A stretch of 64,000 nucleotides of DNA, from the NCBI GenBank assembly GCA_964016885.1, contig OZ024742.1, forward strand, positions 186,682,001-186,746,000, given 5' to 3'. Numbering within the stretch: the stretch's first letter is position 1; the number at the start of each line of letters is the position of its first letter. The stretch is from Eledone cirrhosa. Taxonomy: Eukaryota. The notes beneath the pieces were generated by a model. It made no database searches and was not told the DNA's origin. It saw only the letters and a program-made list of their open reading frames with translations. This document shows, piece after piece, positions 56,620 through 64,000 of the stretch. A program made the position numbers and the translations under genes.

Positions 56620-57140
56620 ACTTTTGGCACAAGGCCAGCAATTATCTCAGTACATTACTGAATTTTATCGAACCCGTAAGGCAAAGTTAACCTCGACGGG
56701 ATTTGAACTCAGACCGTAATTGGCCGTAACTCTATACTGTAAAGCATGGCATCCGACCCTCTACCGATACTGCCAATCCACTACCACTATCGTTATCACC
56801 GTGGTGGTGATAATAATAGTGATAGTGGTGATGATGATGGTAGTACTGGTGGTGGTTAGATATACAAATAACGGTTGTTGTGATGGTGGGGTTACTGATA
56901 ATGGTAATAGTGGTGGTGATGATGATGGTTAATGATAATGGTAGTGTTGGTGTTAGTAGTTATAATTGTTTCTACTCTTGGCACAAGGCCAGCAATAACC
57001 CAGTGCATTACTGGTACTTTATTTTATCGACCCCGTAAGGATGAAAGGCAAAGTCAACCTCGGGAGGATTTGAACTTGATCGTAAAGGGACGTAAATATG
57101 CTGGAAAGCATGGCGTCCGACCCTCTACCAATACTCACAA
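56620..57140 (-). mobile_element. Two Nin/Deu-like tRNA SINEs (56620-56785, 56968-57140)
   Basis: ggcacaaggccagcaat..ttttatcgacccc..ggatgaaaggcaaagtcaacctcgg..atttgaact..gtccgaccctctacc is the reverse complement of the SINE at 2925. Confidence 0.75.
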
Positions 57141-57606
57141 TCCAGGTGGTTGTGATAGTGTTATTGAGGTTGTAAACACATATCGGCCCACATCGTGTTA
57201 ACGGCTTCGCCGATACAAATACTTATCCAGAAAGAAGCAGATAGCAATCTAACGATATTCGATTCAGATTCATAAAAAAAAAAAGAATTTTATAAATAAA
57301 CTGAGAAATACCCATTTTCTTTTTTACATTGGATAATAAATAGGAATAAGTTGAATTAAGTCAACGTAGAGAACAACAGAACTAAGAAAGACTCGGGAAT
57401 GTATTAACCGAAAATAAATCATTTCTATACAAAAAGGCGAATTGGCATGTTTTGCTTTGAATTGATAAATACATAATTTAGAAAATAGATTTCTGAAAAA
57501 TTTTACAAAAATGAAAAAAAAGATTTAAATTGACTCGTTTAAATTGTAAGGTGTACTTGCGGGAATATACGCGCATGTTGCTATGTGCATATACATACAT
57601 ACACAA

Positions 57607-57690
<84 letters not shown>

Positions 57691-57996
57691 TAAAGTATGT
57701 CCATAGAATCATTTGATAAAATATATACACCATTTCCACCATGCATGTATATGCATGTGTGTGTGTGTGTATGTGTGTATGTATGTATGTATCTATGTAT
57801 CTATGTATGTATGTATGTATGTATATATGTATGTATGTATATATGTATGTATCTATGTTTGTACCTGTGTGTGTATGTATGTATGTATCTATGTACGTAT
57901 GTACATAATTATACATACAACACGTGTGTGTGTGTGTATGTGTATTATATATATATATATACATATATATGTATATATATATGTGTATGTATATAT

Positions 57997-58027
<31 letters not shown>

Positions 58028-58247
58028 TGTATATGTGTATGTATGTATGTATATATGTATATATATGTGTATGTGTATGTATGTATGTATAAATGTATAT
58101 ATATATGTATGTATGTATGGATATATGTATATATATATATATGTATATGTATATATGTATGTATATATATGTGTATATATATATATATATGTATATGTAT
58201 ATATGTATGTATATATGTATATATGTATATATATATATATATATATA

Positions 58248-58336
<89 letters not shown>

Positions 58337-58370
58337 ATGTATGTATATATATATGTGTATATATGTATAT

Positions 58371-60853
<2,483 letters not shown>

Positions 60854-61092
60854 GTACGTATATATATATGTATGTATGTTTGTTCCGCGTATGTATGTAT
60901 CTATGTACGTATGTATATATGTATGTATGTTTGTACCCGCGTCTGTATGTATCCATGTTTGTAACTGCGTATGTATGTGCATGCATAAATATGCATGTAT
61001 GTATATAATTATATATATATATCTGCATGTGTGTATGCATGTATGTATATACGTATGTATGCATATGTATGCATATATATATATATATATAT

Positions 61093-64000
61093 AGTGAAAA
61101 ATGGAACGGGAACAAAACAGAGAGGCAGTACCAACAAAGGTTTATTAGTTTCACGCTCTTGAGAGTGGGGCGTAATGGGGAACGACGTTTCGGGCATAAG
61201 CCCTTCTTCAGGCGAAAAGTGCGTGGGAAGAGTGTTCTGAGGGTGTGTAGTGGAGTGAGGGAGAGACATTTAAAAAAAGGAGGGGGGGTTAAGGAAAAGT
61301 AGGAAAAACGATGGAAGGGGTACAAATAAAAATAAATATAAAAAAATAAAAATAAAAATAAACATGAAGATAAACAAGTGGTGGAAGGGTGTGGGACGTG
61401 TAGTTGGAGTGCGGAGAGGGAGGCGGGGTGTCCGAGCGGGGAGGGATGAAGGTGGTGTATGTGTGTAGGTGTACGTGTGTGTGTGTGTGTGTGTATGTGA
61501 ATGTGAGAGTTGTGGGAAGAATGAGGTTCCATGTTCAGGAAAATGTGTGTGCGTGGGGTGGGGTGTAGGTCGGTGTGTGTGCGCGTGTGGATGAGGAGGT
61601 GTCAGAGGGGAGGGGGAGGGGGAGGGGGAAGGATTCCGGAGTCTGAGTGTGTAAATATGTGGGGGTACGAACGTGTTTGTGGTGTTTATACGTATTGTGG
61701 ATGTAGGTGGCGTGGTGGAAAAATATTTTTTTGTGAGTGTATGTCCTTGGGTAAATTCCTAAGGTAGTTCCGTAGAGGGTGTGGTGAGCTGCCGGATATT
61801 TTCCTTGTGATGGATTTGATGGGGGAATGATGGCCAATGTGTGTAATCCGTGGTTGTGTTGGTCAGAAGAGGAGAGATGTGGGGTGCGCGCGCAACAGGA
61901 AGTGGTCAGAGGGTCAAGGCAAGAGGAGGGTAGAGGAGAATGACAAGTGGAGAAGGCCGTGTTTCTGTGTGTGCGGAGAGGTGGTTTGAGGGTCAAGGCA
62001 TAGCAGCAGTAGAGGAGAATGGCAGGTGGAGAAAGTCGGTGTGTCAGTGTGTGCGGAAGTGCAGTGGACAGGGGAGAATATGGGTAGGTGTGAAAGGTGA
62101 AGTGGGGAGGGGGTCATACGGGAGGAGGGTGTGTGTATTAGTAGAGGTGTTAGTGGGATGTGTGTGTGTGTGTGTGAAGGGGTGTGGGTGGAGCGGGGAG
62201 AAGGAGAGAAAGTTGTGGAGGGAGTGTAGTGTACTGGTGCGTGTGTGCGTGTTTGGGTGAGTGTATGTGTGGTGAAGGGGGTGTTAGTGGGTGTTAGTAT
62301 ACTGGTGGTGGGGAAAGGATTAAATGCGGGTGTGTATGTGGGGGTCAGTGGTGGTAGGGTGTGTTGAGTGGGTGGTGTAAGTGGGTGTGGGTCGGTATGT
62401 GTGTTCGTGTGTGTGGTGTCAGGGGTATGTTAGTGGTATTAGTTGTGGGGGGGTGGGAGAGGATGTAGGGTAATGGTTAGTGGTGGCAGTAGGGTGTGTG
62501 TATAGTATGAGTGCGTGTATATATGTACCGGTGGGTGTATGCGTGATATAGGGAGGGGGAAGAAGGGGGAGGGGGGAAATATGTTAGTAGTGTTAGTTGG
62601 GGGTAGGGGGTGTTAGTATTGTTAGTTGTGGGCGGTGAAAAGGAGGAGTGTGTTAGTGGTGTTAGTGGGGGACATGTGTGTGTGTGTGGGAGGGGAGTAG
62701 CAGGCCGGGGCTAAAGGAAGCTAAAGGAATAGGGGAGGGGAGTTTAGGCCGGGGGGAGTGTGGGTCTGTAGGGTGAAGATGGTGCGTTGTTCGACCCTGA
62801 GGAGGGTGGCGGGTGTTCCGTCGCATTGGAGTAGGCCACAGACTGTGAGGTGGTGCGCGGAATGTCCAGGGGTGCCAAAGTGGCGGGCGATGGGGGAACT
62901 CCCGCCGAGACGAATATCCCTGAGGTGTTCTGTGAAACGGTCCGCCAGGCGACGTCCAGTCTGTCCGACGTAGGTTGCGCTGCACTCCGTGCAGCGAAGT
63001 CCATAGACTAGGTTGGAGGAGGCGCAGCGGAAAGCGTGCTGGACAGAGAGAGAGTGGCCGTTGGAAGCATGGAAGGTGGTGGTGTTGGTGATGTGGGGGC
63101 AGGTGATGTAACGAAGCCTGGAAGAGGGAAGGGTACCGGGGGGGGGGAGGGGGATAGGGAGCTGCGGACAAGGAGGGTGCGGAGATTGCGTGCGCGTTTG
63201 AAGGAGTGGAATGGTGGGGATAAGAGGATGTGGGAGGTGGAGGGGTCGTACTGGAGGCGTCGGAAGAGGTGGAGGGGTGGGGTGGAGGGGTGGTAGGTGA
63301 TGGGGAAGGGGAGACGGTGGGTAGGTGTGCGGTGGCGTGGGGTGAGGGTGGTGGCGCGGTGGACAGCCCGGGCGCGAGTGAGGGCGGTGGGCACGAGGGA
63401 GGGGGGTAACCTCTGCGGATGAAATGGCTGAAAGGGCCTGGGACTCAAAGTCCGCATCTTGGCTGCAGAGGCGGCGGATCCTGAGGAGTTGGGAGTAGGG
63501 AATAGAGTGTTAGTGTGTGTAGGGTGGGAGGAGGTGAAGTCGAGGTAGGAGTAGGAGTCGTTGGGTTTGAAGAAGGCGGAGGTGACGAGGGAGTGGTGGG
63601 AAAGGTCGAAGGCGACGGAGATGTCTAAGAAGTGGACGTGGGTGGTGGAAATAGAGGTGGTGAAGTGGCGGGAGGGGTGGAAGGAGCAGAAGAAGGAGAG
63701 AAAGGAGTCGAGCTGTTCTCGGGTGAGGTTCGTGGCTCCGATACAGTCGTCGATGTAACGACCGTACAGTTCGGGCGTGGGGCCGGTGTACTGGGCAAAG
63801 ATTTGGGCCTCAACATGGCCAACGAAAAGTTTGGCATAGTTTGGGCTCTTTCTTGTGCCCATGGCTACCCCCGTGACCTGTTAGTAAAACTCACCCCAGA
63901 AGGAGAAACAGTTGAGGGTGAGGACCAGCTCGGCGAGGCGAAGGATGGTGGGGTGGAGGGGATGGGGGAGGGGGGAACGTCGAGGTAGTGCTTGAGAGCA
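61093..64000 (-). mobile_element. Penelope-like element (GC-rich family): RT + GIY-YIG + 3' UTR/pLTR; continues beyond the window
   Basis: GVAMGTRKSPNYAKLFV, YGRYIDD, HFLDISV, YLDFTSSHP; reverse frame LVYGLRCTECSATYVGQTGRRLADRFTEH (GIY-YIG). Ends at (TA)n after an aataaa. Confidence 0.92.
61180..61216 (-). ncRNA. Minimal PLE hammerhead with extra A after A9
   Basis: Reverse strand c-CTGAAGA-A-GGGCttatGCCC-GAAA-CG-TC; palindromic ACGT stem III; weak stem I. Confidence 0.7.

Noticed and set aside
55104-56690. 528-aa Gly/Asp/Asn-rich ORF
   Set aside because: Pure GGT/GAT/AAT triplet repeat, open in several frames and on both strands. It starts and ends inside SINE sequence and shows no gene structure.

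Overview
Eukaryotic, repeat-saturated, AT-rich DNA with no recognisable intact host gene. The SINE types and very long (TA)n, (CA)n and (TATG)n tracts suggest a cephalopod such as Octopus (inference). The window is a mosaic of decayed retroelements: three R4/Dong-like non-LTR elements (RT plus restriction-like endonuclease), at least four Penelope-like elements (PLEs) with GIY-YIG domains and several with inverted pLTRs, two RTE-clade LINEs plus an RTE 3' end, seven copies of a ~600-bp non-autonomous bipartite RTE derivative, and many tRNA-derived SINEs. Nearly all short ORFs in the track are microsatellite translations. Most interesting signals: (i) several hammerhead ribozymes folded by hand, including one with a compensatory U3-A8 core and one inside a non-coding ~420-430-bp terminally redundant unit resembling a retrozyme; (ii) apparent strand-specific targeting of (TACA)n by R4/Dong-like elements; (iii) inverted copies of flanking DNA sandwiched between (TA)n tracts; (iv) a candidate 21-nt micro-exon. 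Coordinates were read by eye and boundaries may be off by a few bases.
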